In this document: piece by piece, positions 54,409 through 63,708 of the stretch
Layout of the letters: each line of letters starts with the position of its first letter
How positions within the stretch are numbered: position 1 is the first letter of the stretch
Source of the DNA: Klebsiella phage Sugarland
DNA: 64,000 nt
Sequence record: NC_042093.1
Direction: 5' to 3' (one strand)
Notes under the pieces: generated by a model
What the model saw: only the letters and a program-made list of their open reading frames with translations
Databases searched by the model: none
Told to the model about the DNA's origin: nothing
Translations under genes and position numbers: made by a program

Positions 54409-56238
54409 ATGAACGAATTAGACCTGATTGATAATATCTATAGTATCCTTGATAATGAGGGTGAAGAAGACCTTATGTTTAATAATGCTAATAAGGCAAG
54501 CGAGCAGTTTCCTACACAGAGGGACATGATAGCTGGAGAGGTTTCTAAATATGTGGTAGCACAGGAGCTTCCAGCATACCTATTGACGGCGCATAATAGA
54601 GGAGAGATACACATTCACGATATGGACTACCGCGCACAAGGGTATACTAACTGCTGCCTAGTGGATCTAGCGGGGATGTTTAAGAATGGAACTAAAATTG
54701 GTGGAGCAGAGATTGAAACTCCAAAATCTATCTCTACTGCAGCTGCGGTAACTGCCCAAGTTATTGCCCAGGTAAGCTCGTGTCAGTATGGGGGTACGTC
54801 TATCGATCGTATTGACGAGGTCTTTGCCCCGTATGTCCGTAAGTCCTACGATAAGCACTTAGCTATTGGCCAGCGTTGGCTGCACGATAGTAAGAAGGCA
54901 GCAGTGTATGCTACTGAGATGACAGAAAAAGAAGTATATGATGCGTGCCAGGGACTAGAGTACGAAGTTAATACACTATTCAACTCTAATGGTCAGCAGC
55001 CATTTGTGACATTTGGGTTTGGTCTAGGAGAATCCTGGGAGGCACGCATGTTGCAGAAAGCTATGCTGGAAGTTCGTATAAGAGGCCTGGGTGCTTCAGG
55101 GCATACTGCTGTATTTCCTAAACTTATTTTCGCAGTTAAGGAAGGACTCAATAAGTCCCCAAGTGATCCTAACTACGATATCAAACAGCTGGCGCTCATC
55201 TGCACTTCTAAGAGAATGTACCCGGATTACGTGAGCTATGAAAGAGTATCGGCTGTTACGGGCGATTTTAAGTTCCCTATGGGTTGTCGGTCTTTCCTTT
55301 CGGCTATTGAATCAGGGGAAACTGCTGGGCGCAATAACCTAGGAGTTGTATCCATTAACCTGCCGCTAGTTGCTGTAGAGTCTGAGGGATGCTTCGATAG
55401 GTTCTGGAAGTTGTTGGATGAATACATTGATAAAGCGATGGCTGCCCACGATTGGGCTATTGAGCGGTTGAAGCGTGTTCGTGCTAAACAGGCACCAATT
55501 CTCTATATGCACGGAGCTTTTGGGGTACGGTTGAAAGCCAATGATCTTGTATGGCCCATCTTTGAAGGCAGGGCATCAGTGTCTTTGGGATATATCGGTA
55601 TTAACGAGGTGATTGAGGTAATGTTTGAAGATACCGACCCTATGTCTCCACCTGCGGTTGAATTTGCAGTACGGGTTCTTAATCACATGAAAGACCGTTG
55701 CAACAAAAAAGCTGAGGAAACTAATCTAGGATTCAGTCTTTATGCTACTCCTAGCGAATCCTTATGCAATAGATTCAACACTAAAATTGCCGAACAGTAT
55801 CCGGAGTATGACTGGCTAACGGATAAAGGCTACCTGACTAATAGTCACCACCTGGATGTCCGTACAAAAGTTGCCCCTAACGTGAAGTTTGACTATGAAG
55901 CTAATTTTACTACCATCGCCAATGGGGGTAATATATCCTTTGTAGAACTTCCTGAGATGCGTAAGTTTATCTCTGCACTAGAGTGGGTTGTTGACTATGG
56001 ATTAAGTAAGTCCCACTACATAGGGGTCAACATTCCAGTTGATGAATGTGAGGAGTGCGGGTATTTAGGCGAATCCGTATCCGGAGAGCATGGTTTTGTA
56101 TGTCCCCAATGTGGGTCGGGGAATATCTCAGTTACCCGTCGTGTTTGTGGGTACTTAGGTAGTCCTGGTAGTAGACCCTTTAACCCTGGTAAGCAACAGG
56201 AAGTAATGCAAAGGGTCAAACACATGAATTTGAAATAA
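54409..56238 (+). CDS. nrdD: anaerobic ribonucleoside-triphosphate reductase
   Basis: 609 aa; C-terminal glycyl-radical motif TRRVCGYLGS and CxxC...CxxC zinc site. Confidence 0.85.
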   Translation: MNELDLIDNIYSILDNEGEEDLMFNNANKASEQFPTQRDMIAGEVSKYVVAQELPAYLLTAHNRGEIHIHDMDYRAQGYTNCCLVDLAGMFKNGTKIGGAEIETPKSISTAAAVTAQVIAQVSSCQYGGTSIDRIDEVFAPYVRKSYDKHLAIGQRWLHDSKKAAVYATEMTEKEVYDACQGLEYEVNTLFNSNGQQPFVTFGFGLGESWEARMLQKAMLEVRIRGLGASGHTAVFPKLIFAVKEGLNKSPSDPNYDIKQLALICTSKRMYPDYVSYERVSAVTGDFKFPMGCRSFLSAIESGETAGRNNLGVVSINLPLVAVESEGCFDRFWKLLDEYIDKAMAAHDWAIERLKRVRAKQAPILYMHGAFGVRLKANDLVWPIFEGRASVSLGYIGINEVIEVMFEDTDPMSPPAVEFAVRVLNHMKDRCNKKAEETNLGFSLYATPSESLCNRFNTKIAEQYPEYDWLTDKGYLTNSHHLDVRTKVAPNVKFDYEANFTTIANGGNISFVELPEMRKFISALEWVVDYGLSKSHYIGVNIPVDECEECGYLGESVSGEHGFVCPQCGSGNISVTRRVCGYLGSPGSRPFNPGKQQEVMQRVKHMNLK

Positions 56239-56298
56239 ATCACTTGCTAAATACCTCCGTTTTTGATAAGATAGTTGTAATTGAGAAACGGAGGATTT

Positions 56299-56511
56299 AT
56301 GAAAATCCATAAAACTGATGAAAAGCGTATCTACTTTATGATGGACTCTGGAGCATACGGATCTATTTCCCGAGAAGACGTGGTAAAACTTCTGCGATGC
56401 CGTAACCACTTGTGGAAAGATAAAGTCGATCCCAGAACCTCTGAGTGCTTGTCCGAAAAGGCTGAGCAGTTGCGGAAAGAAGAAATGAGAAACTATATGG
56501 AGTTCCTGTAA
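56299..56511 (+). CDS. small hypothetical protein (70 aa)
   Basis: start at MKIHKTDEKR with SD GGAGGAT; TAATG coupling to the Sir2 gene. Confidence 0.45.
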   Translation: MKIHKTDEKRIYFMMDSGAYGSISREDVVKLLRCRNHLWKDKVDPRTSECLSEKAEQLRKEEMRNYMEFL

Positions 56512-57344
56512 TGCGTAGATTGATTATCGTAAGTGGTGCTGGATTGAGTGCTGATAGCGGAGTGCCAACGTTCCGTAAGGGTGCCATCACTCCCCTGTGG
56601 GATAAATACAAGCTAACCGAAGTATGCAACATTCAGGCATTCGATAAAGGGTTTCACTATCTGGACGACCCTATGCCTCCGTTAGAAGCCCTTTCTGAGG
56701 GATCTGATGATGAGCCTAGTCGCAACCTGTACGAGCTAACCCATGAGTTCTACAACATGCGGCGGCAGGAGCTGGGTACGGTGGAGCCTAACATTGCTCA
56801 CCTGAGAATTGCTGAGTGGTATGAGCGCTTCCCTGGTCAAGTCGTTAACTTTACTACTAACGTGGATGATCTGCTAGAGCGTGCTGGCATTCCCCATGAT
56901 GATGTGATCCATGCTCATGGCTACCTTACGGAGATAATGTATCGCCGAGGTAAGGATGTGATCGTGGAAGATATCGGGTATACTGCGGTTGATTACCGTA
57001 AGTATGAGTGGGTTAAGCCTGCGATTACGTTCTTCGGGGAAACCGCTCCGTGGTATATGGGGCAGATCAACCTGTTTGATACCTTGACAACCCAGGATCT
57101 GGTAATCGTTGTTGGTGCCAGTAACCAAGTAATCGATTTTAATTGGGAGCTATTTCCGGCCCATAGTCGAGGTACTAAAGTGTGGGTAGTAAACAACGGT
57201 ATTAACTACCTGGAGCAGAGTTTGTACGAAGAACGCGGGATCCCCGTTTGGTATGATACTGCTGCCAATGTATTTAGCAACAAACATTTCATAGGTCAAG
57301 TTGAGGCTTGGCTGGAGGAGAAAATTTATGTACCATCCCGATGA
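56511..57344 (+). CDS. Sir2-family protein lacking the zinc-ribbon cysteines
   Basis: GAGLSADSGVPTFR, TTNVDDLLERAG, IHAHG, VVGAS motifs; no Cys between the HG and GAS motifs. Confidence 0.65.
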   Translation: MRRLIIVSGAGLSADSGVPTFRKGAITPLWDKYKLTEVCNIQAFDKGFHYLDDPMPPLEALSEGSDDEPSRNLYELTHEFYNMRRQELGTVEPNIAHLRIAEWYERFPGQVVNFTTNVDDLLERAGIPHDDVIHAHGYLTEIMYRRGKDVIVEDIGYTAVDYRKYEWVKPAITFFGETAPWYMGQINLFDTLTTQDLVIVVGASNQVIDFNWELFPAHSRGTKVWVVNNGINYLEQSLYEERGIPVWYDTAANVFSNKHFIGQVEAWLEEKIYVPSR

Positions 57345-57492
57345 TATCCTGTTATGGCCCAACGGTAGTTGGTGTTATCGCAGTGATGTACAAGATATGA
57401 GTCACCTATCGGACGACTATCAGGTTTTACGAGCGGACTCTGAGCAGTGGCACGAATTCATCCAAATGGGGGAAGAATATGCTGGTCAATGA
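57328..57492 (+). CDS. small hypothetical protein
   Basis: start at MYHPDDIL with SD GGAGGAGAAAATTT. Confidence 0.35.
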   Translation: MYHPDDILLWPNGSWCYRSDVQDMSHLSDDYQVLRADSEQWHEFIQMGEEYAGQ

Positions 57493-57880
57493 AAAGGTTG
57501 TTAATCAAGGGGTTGGGCTAGTTCCCTGGGCTGAAATTCCTCTGGACGTAAAAGAGTCTCTTCTGGACCATCTTCGTGTGTGGTGCGATAATATGGAGGT
57601 CTACTTCGATTATGACAACATGCACCTGGGGCTATGGGTTCCTATGGACGAAGATCAAGATGAAGTCCTAGACTGGGGCGATCTGACTGAGATGGGGCTG
57701 GTATTTGCGCTAGGCTACGTGTGTCTGCTGCGTGAGTCCTATATCCCGGTTGGTGTTACAGGTGTTTCAGCAGGTATTTGGGTCGGACGTAATGAAGATT
57801 ATTATGCTCCGGAAAATATTAACGGTTGGATCCAGGTGCTGCGTCGCTTCGGTTTCCAAGTTGAAGGGTTAACTAAATGA
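57479..57880 (+). CDS. hypothetical protein, paralogue A
   Basis: 133 aa; shares W(A/E)(E/D)IP, DW(G/D)DL(T/S)(E/D)(M/L)GL and YAPE motifs with the next ORF. Confidence 0.5.
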   Translation: MLVNEKVVNQGVGLVPWAEIPLDVKESLLDHLRVWCDNMEVYFDYDNMHLGLWVPMDEDQDEVLDWGDLTEMGLVFALGYVCLLRESYIPVGVTGVSAGIWVGRNEDYYAPENINGWIQVLRRFGFQVEGLTK

Positions 57881-58272
57881 GTATTCCTAAAATGGAACGT
57901 ATCTCCTGGGCGGATATCCCCAAGGAATTGATTGATGTAGCAGAGAATCTGCTGCGAGCCGCGTTGAGGGACGAGGAGCTTTGCTTCATCATCCAGCATG
58001 ACGTGTGTGTAGGCTTGTCCAAAGGCAGTTTGGCCCAGGATTACGAGATCCTCTTTGATTGGGATGACCTCTCGGACTTGGGGCTAATGGTTCTGGTGAA
58101 CAACGTTGTGTTCCACCCCTCTAATTTTGCAGCATTCCGTGAACCGGGGGCAGGTATTTCTCCGGGGTTCTTGGTAGCTGACGAGCCTTGGACGTATGCT
58201 CCAGAGGTTCTTCGTGAGGGCAAACAAAATGCCTCTTCTAACTCGATTAATATTATGGGTTGGAATGCCTAG
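57877..58272 (+). CDS. hypothetical protein, paralogue B
   Basis: 131 aa; ATGA overlap with paralogue A. Confidence 0.5.
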   Translation: MSIPKMERISWADIPKELIDVAENLLRAALRDEELCFIIQHDVCVGLSKGSLAQDYEILFDWDDLSDLGLMVLVNNVVFHPSNFAAFREPGAGISPGFLVADEPWTYAPEVLREGKQNASSNSINIMGWNA

Positions 58273-58282
58273 TTGAACACTT

Positions 58283-58312
58283 AGACCAGGGGATTATCCT
58301 CTGGTCTTTTCT
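58283..58312 (+). terminator. intrinsic terminator
   Basis: AGACCAGGGGATTATCCTCTGGTCT then TTTCT. Confidence 0.5.
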
Positions 58313-58354
58313 ATGCTTAAACCCAGTTACCTACCACGTATTTAAATATTTTAC

Positions 58355-58383
58355 TTGCAATCTCGCCACGATTTTTATATAAT
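58355..58383 (+). promoter_or_regulatory. early promoter TTGCAA-17-TATAAT with AT-rich UP element
   Basis: plus strand; 480-nt leader follows. Confidence 0.6.
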
Positions 58384-58870
58384 ATATTCATAGGTTGAGA
58401 GAAATGATGTGAGTTACAAAACTGACATAATTCCTCTCATTCACTTCCGAGCATACAGAACAGTCCGGCTGCTACATGCTTGGTTGGGTTTGGCTTATTG
58501 GGAAATTGATTCCGAACGGAATTATAGATAATTGATCTAGAATGCGGGTAAGAGAGGTTGGCATCGCGAGGCTCTCAGATATTTGTTCGTTAGTCATGTG
58601 GAGCAAATAGCACCGCGGTCTGAAATGACCAAGAAGTGAAGCTGTAAGTAGCAACGTGCCTCTGCGCAATAGCGACGAATAGGGGTCAACCACATGGAGC
58701 TTAGCGGCGATTACATGCTGTGTGGGAGTTGTGCGAAGCGGCCAGTTCTAGCAATGAGGAAGTGACCACCCCTCCATCTATAAGGAAATTTGTTGAGTCA
58801 GTGGACTTTTAAGCTGTTCTATCCTTGATAGTTCGAGATCGCTTTATTCTTCAACATAGGAGAAAACGTA

Positions 58871-61660
58871 ATGTTTTCTATTCTAGAAGGACACGCGGGT
58901 TTTTCCCGCGATCCCGCTTCCGGCAACTGGAAGGAAGTGAAAACAACTGATTACCTTTTTGCGAAGGAGTTTTCTAACGAGCATCCAGAAGGTAAACCAG
59001 CCTCAATGCCCTACAAATTTAACGTAGTGGATACGGTTGACCCCAAAAATCTTAATGAAGCGTATGAGCTGATGGTTCAGCTCACTCAAGATCCACATCT
59101 CGTAGCAGTACGAGGTACATGCTTAGTTGCAGAGAAGGCCGTGCGTCGTAAACGTACTAACTTCAAAATCGACCATAAGAGCAATATTATTGCTATGGAC
59201 GTCGATGGAATCTCTGATACCGGAGGATGCGGCAGGTTTGACATTGTGGGTATGGGACGTCATGTCATTAAGTTATTAAACAGCATCAGCGAGGACATGT
59301 TCCCGCTTAACGCAGGGTTTATTGCCCATGCGTCGTCTTCGGCTGGGATTAAGCCGGGGATTCGTATGCACATGCTATTAGAGAGTAATATTCCTGTTAC
59401 TCAGGGTCAGTTAAAGTTTCTATTTACGTCCCTCAATGATAGCTCTCGGCAGAAGTATGGTTTTGATATTGCCGACTTAGCTTATTATTCATCTGTACAG
59501 CTACACTATTTCGCTGACCCGATTTTTCGGGATCAGTTTACCGATCCGTTTAAAGCGGAGGGTAAGCCACGTCTGGTTAAAGTTAACGGTGCTAGGATTG
59601 AACTGCCCAATACTATGCCAGATTATGAAGCCACTCGCGGGGAGTTTAAAGAAGAGTTTCTATCTCTGCTCAATCAGATTAAAGGAAAGCGTGTAGCCTC
59701 TGAAAAAGTGGAACAAACCATTGCAGAGCTGGAAGAAGCAGAGGATGGTGTTTATCTGCGTATTATTCCTAAACTGTACCACAGAGCGCTGGAGGACGGT
59801 GTTGATTTCGCCTGGCTTGAGAAAGAGATTACCTCAGCTCTGTCCGATTATATCAACACGAAGGACAACTCCCGTAGTCTTCAGGATTATTTTAATAACG
59901 GGCGTAAGCAGGCGTTAAAAGCGTTTGTGAACAACTCTATGCGAGATATTCCTGAGTCTAATGTTAAAGGCGTTCCTGTGCACAAGTTGACCTCTGATAG
60001 CCCCGATGGGATGAACTATTTGAAGATCAACCGTCCACCACCGGAAGGTCATTTAACATTTATCAAGGCTTCCCTAGGTACTGGTAAAACCACCGCAGTG
60101 ACGAAGTGGCTAGAACGTGATCAGCTGAAAGGTAATTTCCTTGCAGTTACGAACACACGTGCCCTTGTTTCATCTAACGCCAAGAAGTTTGAAGCCGGAC
60201 AGTATGATAAGTCTGTAGATATGTTAAACTTCAAGCGCGGTGCCATTGATCGTATGTCTACTACTATTCACTCAATCCACAAGTTTAAAAACTTTGTTGG
60301 GCAGATCGATGTTATCTTTATCGATGAGTGCGATGCAGTCATGAATGATCTGTTATTCGCCCCAGTTGTTAAACAACGTCGTGAGTGTATCTCAGTTCTT
60401 CGTGAAATTCTGCTATCTGCAAAAGTAGTTATCCTGTCTGACGGGGATATCAGTGCAGAAACCATTGAGGCATATGGATCTCTCATAGATTTTGACAAGC
60501 CGGTCTCTTATTATAAACACCATCGTAAGATGCTCTCGGATGCTCAGGCGTATGAGTTCCCGGATGAATCCAGTATTTGGGTTGCTCTCCAAACGTCCCT
60601 AGAGATGGGGGAGAAATCTATTCTGGTATCCGACTGTGGGCCAGATGAGTTAAACGAGAAAGGCCTGACGCTAAGAAACAATACAGGTGCGATTGTTAAA
60701 GAGATTCACTCAAACTCTACCTCTGATATAGATATTCGTCGTATTTTGGATTATACAACGAATGAGTTAATTGAGCAGCAGATTGATTGCCTGCTGTGTA
60801 GTCCGTCAGTAACGAGCGGCGTTGACTTCAACTACTTCGATAACGTGTTTGTTATCACTCGTACCGCTAACCAGGCGCCGAACATGCGCTTCCAGGCAAT
60901 CAGGCGCGACCGAGGAGCTAAGAATATCTTCTATTTCATCGATAAGTCCACCAGCGGATTCTCTGCGGGTTCGGAGCAGTATAACATCGATGAGGGTTGG
61001 CTAGACTTAGCTCAGCAGCTGTATGTTAAACGTCGTGAACTAGAGTCCCGTAACTTTATCAGCACATTACGATACTATCTGCTAGATCAGGGGGCAACTA
61101 TCGATATCTTCAGTGAAAGCTGGGGCAAGATTGATAGCTCAGCCGCAGAGTATACTGCCGAGCGAGTTTCTGCTATTTTGAGCAGTACCCCAGATTGGTG
61201 TGCACCCCGTCATGCGGATGCATACGAAGCCAAGCTAATGCTGGTCAAGTATTTCCACCTGGACTCTATCAAGAGTATCACACAGGAACATGCGGAGATG
61301 TGGATTAGTAAGAAACCACACAAGCGGGCGGAGTTCTTCCATAAACTCCAAGATATATTCTGGAAGGATATTAAGAAGTGTTCTAACGTGACGATTAGTC
61401 CATTTATCGAAGCCCTGAAGAAACACAAGAAGGACTTCTTTATTAGGACAGGACAGTCTGCCAACCCTAAATATGCCCGTATGTACCTAACCCAAATGGG
61501 TATTAATAAGGAAATGGAAACGGAGCAGATCGTAGACTGGTATCGAACCTACTGCTCTATCGAGGGTATCTCTGTACCGTATGAGTTTATGACGGATGAG
61601 GAGAAGGCGCTGGCTGATGAAGCGCAAAACGAACTTGGAGTACGTAATGAGCAAGCGTGA
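58871..61660 (+). CDS. SF2 helicase-like protein (putative replication origin-binding protein)
   Basis: 929 aa; Walker A ASLGTGKTT and DExx VIFIDECD in the central region; SD AGGAGAAAACG. Confidence 0.55.
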   Translation: MFSILEGHAGFSRDPASGNWKEVKTTDYLFAKEFSNEHPEGKPASMPYKFNVVDTVDPKNLNEAYELMVQLTQDPHLVAVRGTCLVAEKAVRRKRTNFKIDHKSNIIAMDVDGISDTGGCGRFDIVGMGRHVIKLLNSISEDMFPLNAGFIAHASSSAGIKPGIRMHMLLESNIPVTQGQLKFLFTSLNDSSRQKYGFDIADLAYYSSVQLHYFADPIFRDQFTDPFKAEGKPRLVKVNGARIELPNTMPDYEATRGEFKEEFLSLLNQIKGKRVASEKVEQTIAELEEAEDGVYLRIIPKLYHRALEDGVDFAWLEKEITSALSDYINTKDNSRSLQDYFNNGRKQALKAFVNNSMRDIPESNVKGVPVHKLTSDSPDGMNYLKINRPPPEGHLTFIKASLGTGKTTAVTKWLERDQLKGNFLAVTNTRALVSSNAKKFEAGQYDKSVDMLNFKRGAIDRMSTTIHSIHKFKNFVGQIDVIFIDECDAVMNDLLFAPVVKQRRECISVLREILLSAKVVILSDGDISAETIEAYGSLIDFDKPVSYYKHHRKMLSDAQAYEFPDESSIWVALQTSLEMGEKSILVSDCGPDELNEKGLTLRNNTGAIVKEIHSNSTSDIDIRRILDYTTNELIEQQIDCLLCSPSVTSGVDFNYFDNVFVITRTANQAPNMRFQAIRRDRGAKNIFYFIDKSTSGFSAGSEQYNIDEGWLDLAQQLYVKRRELESRNFISTLRYYLLDQGATIDIFSESWGKIDSSAAEYTAERVSAILSSTPDWCAPRHADAYEAKLMLVKYFHLDSIKSITQEHAEMWISKKPHKRAEFFHKLQDIFWKDIKKCSNVTISPFIEALKKHKKDFFIRTGQSANPKYARMYLTQMGINKEMETEQIVDWYRTYCSIEGISVPYEFMTDEEKALADEAQNELGVRNEQA

Positions 61661-61931
61661 TGCCCGCTGGGAAACAAGGAAGTTTCCCAAACGCGATACG
61701 AAAGCACGGAAAGCTAAAGAGATAGAATTGTGTAGAGTAATACCTATTCGCTTAGCACAGATGCCAAATATCTATGATTGGCTAGAGGCTCAGCGAAAGA
61801 CACGCCTTTCTATACGCATCAACATGGAACTAAACATGGGGTATAAGAGTCTATCTGAATTCATGCACGTTACTTTTGACCCTACGTTCTATGAAAATCG
61901 CGATTGCTTAGAAGCTAAATCTGTATTATAA
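61650..61931 (+). CDS. small basic protein
   Basis: start at MSKRDARW with SD GGAG; overlaps helicase end by 11 nt. Confidence 0.4.
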   Translation, partial: SKRDARWETRKFPKRDTKARKAKEIELCRVIPIRLAQMPNIYDWLEAQRKTRLSIRINMELNMGYKSLSEFMHVTFDPTFYENRDCLEAKSVL

Positions 61932-61932
61932 T
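61904..61932 (+). promoter_or_regulatory. PN25-like promoter TTGCTT-17-TATAAT plus TATAATAGTTTCATAAATTCGAGAGAGGA
   Basis: plus strand. Confidence 0.6.
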
Positions 61933-61963
61933 AGTTTCATAAATTCGAGAGAGGATAAAGAAC

Positions 61964-62659
61964 ATGGCAATCCGCAAAAAACTTCATGCGAATAGCATCC
62001 CGGACGAAAAGTTTAAGGAAGCGATTCAGTGGCTAGAAGATGGCAAGACCAAGAAAGGCGCTTGCGAAATCCTCGGAGTAGCATCCAACTCCACGATGGA
62101 GCGTTTGATTGAGGAATGGAAAGATAACCAGCGTGTTTCTGCTGAAATGCGTAAAAAGAAACGTGGTACTAAAATCGAAGGGGCTGAGCTGGCCAACGTT
62201 ATCGATTCGTATCTGTCCGGTGATAGTTTTGAGGCAATCGCCGAGCGTTTCTACCGTTCTGCAAATATGATCCGAATGGTTCTGTCTGCTCACGGTGCTC
62301 TGCTTCGTGTTAATGGTGAGGTTGACCCACTCTTTCCGCCTGCGATTCCAGAAGAATCAATGAAAGAGGTATTTGAAGTAGGCGAACACGTTTGGGTTCC
62401 AGGATACCAGTGTATCGGCGAAGTTAAAAAAGCTCTGGACAATCCGGTAGGCGCATATCGTGTTTACCTGCTATCCGAAGCCCGTCAGCAGTATGTTAAC
62501 TACATGTATTGGGATCTGGCGTCTGTTGAGCATCTGGTAGCACTTGGTGTTGATATCAAGTCTCTGGGATTCAAGTGGGGCAAAGAAGACGTAGCTGAAC
62601 TGGTTAATAACGCTGTTAAAGCAGCCCTGAAATTAGAGAAGAGAGGTAAAGGTGAGTAA
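61964..62659 (+). CDS. hypothetical early protein
   Basis: 231 aa; SD GAGAGAGGATAAAG. Confidence 0.55.
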   Translation: MAIRKKLHANSIPDEKFKEAIQWLEDGKTKKGACEILGVASNSTMERLIEEWKDNQRVSAEMRKKKRGTKIEGAELANVIDSYLSGDSFEAIAERFYRSANMIRMVLSAHGALLRVNGEVDPLFPPAIPEESMKEVFEVGEHVWVPGYQCIGEVKKALDNPVGAYRVYLLSEARQQYVNYMYWDLASVEHLVALGVDIKSLGFKWGKEDVAELVNNAVKAALKLEKRGKGE

Positions 62660-62870
62660 ATATCAACTCTTGAACCTATTCCAGATTTATTCCGAAGGCG
62701 CTACAGCTATCCGGGATCTGCATTATGCAGTTCCTATGGACGAAGCGGAAGATAATGGCTGGCTTACCAAATACGATCGTGGTTTGCTGAAGATGTATCG
62801 TTTGTCCCCCAATGGTTTGGTAGCTGTTAACCAAATCCTAGAAAATTCTGTTTGCTTTGCAGCTCAGTAA
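62652..62870 (+). CDS. small hypothetical protein (GTG start)
   Basis: 72 aa; SD AGAGAGG. Confidence 0.4.
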   Translation: MSKYQLLNLFQIYSEGATAIRDLHYAVPMDEAEDNGWLTKYDRGLLKMYRLSPNGLVAVNQILENSVCFAAQ

Positions 62871-62881
62871 CTTGTTATAAT
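62852..62881 (+). promoter_or_regulatory. early promoter TTGCTT-18-TATAAT
   Basis: plus strand. Confidence 0.5.
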
Positions 62882-62944
62882 ATTCTCATAGTTTGAAACA
62901 AAACTTAAAAACTCTTTTTAACAATAAATAAGGAAGTAATAAAT

Positions 62945-63349
62945 ATGTCTACTCCAACTCAATGGTCTCCTGAACTCGAAGCTGAACTGACTTCTGCCTA
63001 CGTCGCCAAAATCGAACTCTTCCCGGAAGATGAGCGTCCTGGTGTCTCTATGGAGATCGTAGCTGAGATCGCTAAAGAACACGGTGTTTCCCCGAACGGC
63101 CTTCGTATGAAGCTGTCCAAAGCTGGCGTATACGTCAAGAAAGAAGCTGGTAAGTCTACCGCTAAAACTGGTGGTGATGCCCCTAAAGCTGGTGGCCGTA
63201 CTTCTAAGTCTGATGCTCAGGCTGAACTGCGCGCTGCATTTAACGACGCTGGACTGGAAGATGGCTTCCTGGACGAATCGATCGTTGACAAACTGACCGG
63301 TAAAGCTGCCTCTCACCTGGCTGAAGCTATCCGTAAAATCACTAAATAA
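62945..63349 (+). CDS. abundant-type early protein (strong codon bias), function unknown
   Basis: 134 aa; SD AAGGAAGTAATAAAT; uniform highly-expressed-type codon choice. Confidence 0.55.
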   Translation: MSTPTQWSPELEAELTSAYVAKIELFPEDERPGVSMEIVAEIAKEHGVSPNGLRMKLSKAGVYVKKEAGKSTAKTGGDAPKAGGRTSKSDAQAELRAAFNDAGLEDGFLDESIVDKLTGKAASHLAEAIRKITK

Positions 63350-63361
63350 GAGGGTATTGCA

Positions 63362-63658
63362 ATGAATAAAGCACAAGTCGTAGCTATCTGTGAGAAACAC
63401 GGTGAGTTTTGCATGCAATACACCAAACTGCGTACCAAGGGGGTAACTTACCTCTACGGTACGACTGAGTTCGATCCTAAGCAAGATAAATACCTTGCCG
63501 AGCGAATCGTCCGTGAAGGCCTGGAACCCGCTGACAAAGATCATATCCTGGTCTTTAGCCGCTCTAGCGATAAATTCCGCTATATTCCGATTGCGAATAT
63601 TAAGCGCATCACCAGCCTCAACCAAGAACTTGATCGAGCTACTCCAGTAGGTCGTTAA
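63362..63658 (+). CDS. hypothetical protein
   Basis: 98 aa; SD AAGAGGGTATTGCA. Confidence 0.55.
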   Translation: MNKAQVVAICEKHGEFCMQYTKLRTKGVTYLYGTTEFDPKQDKYLAERIVREGLEPADKDHILVFSRSSDKFRYIPIANIKRITSLNQELDRATPVGR

Positions 63659-63667
63659 GACGCAATC

Positions 63668-63690
63668 AGCCCCTTCGGGGGCTTTTTGTT
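63668..63690 (+). terminator. intrinsic terminator
   Basis: CAGCCCCTTCGGGGGCTG-like stem with GNRA-like loop then TTTTTGTTT. Confidence 0.7.
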
Positions 63691-63708
63691 TATCTGAGAA
63701 CAATAAAA

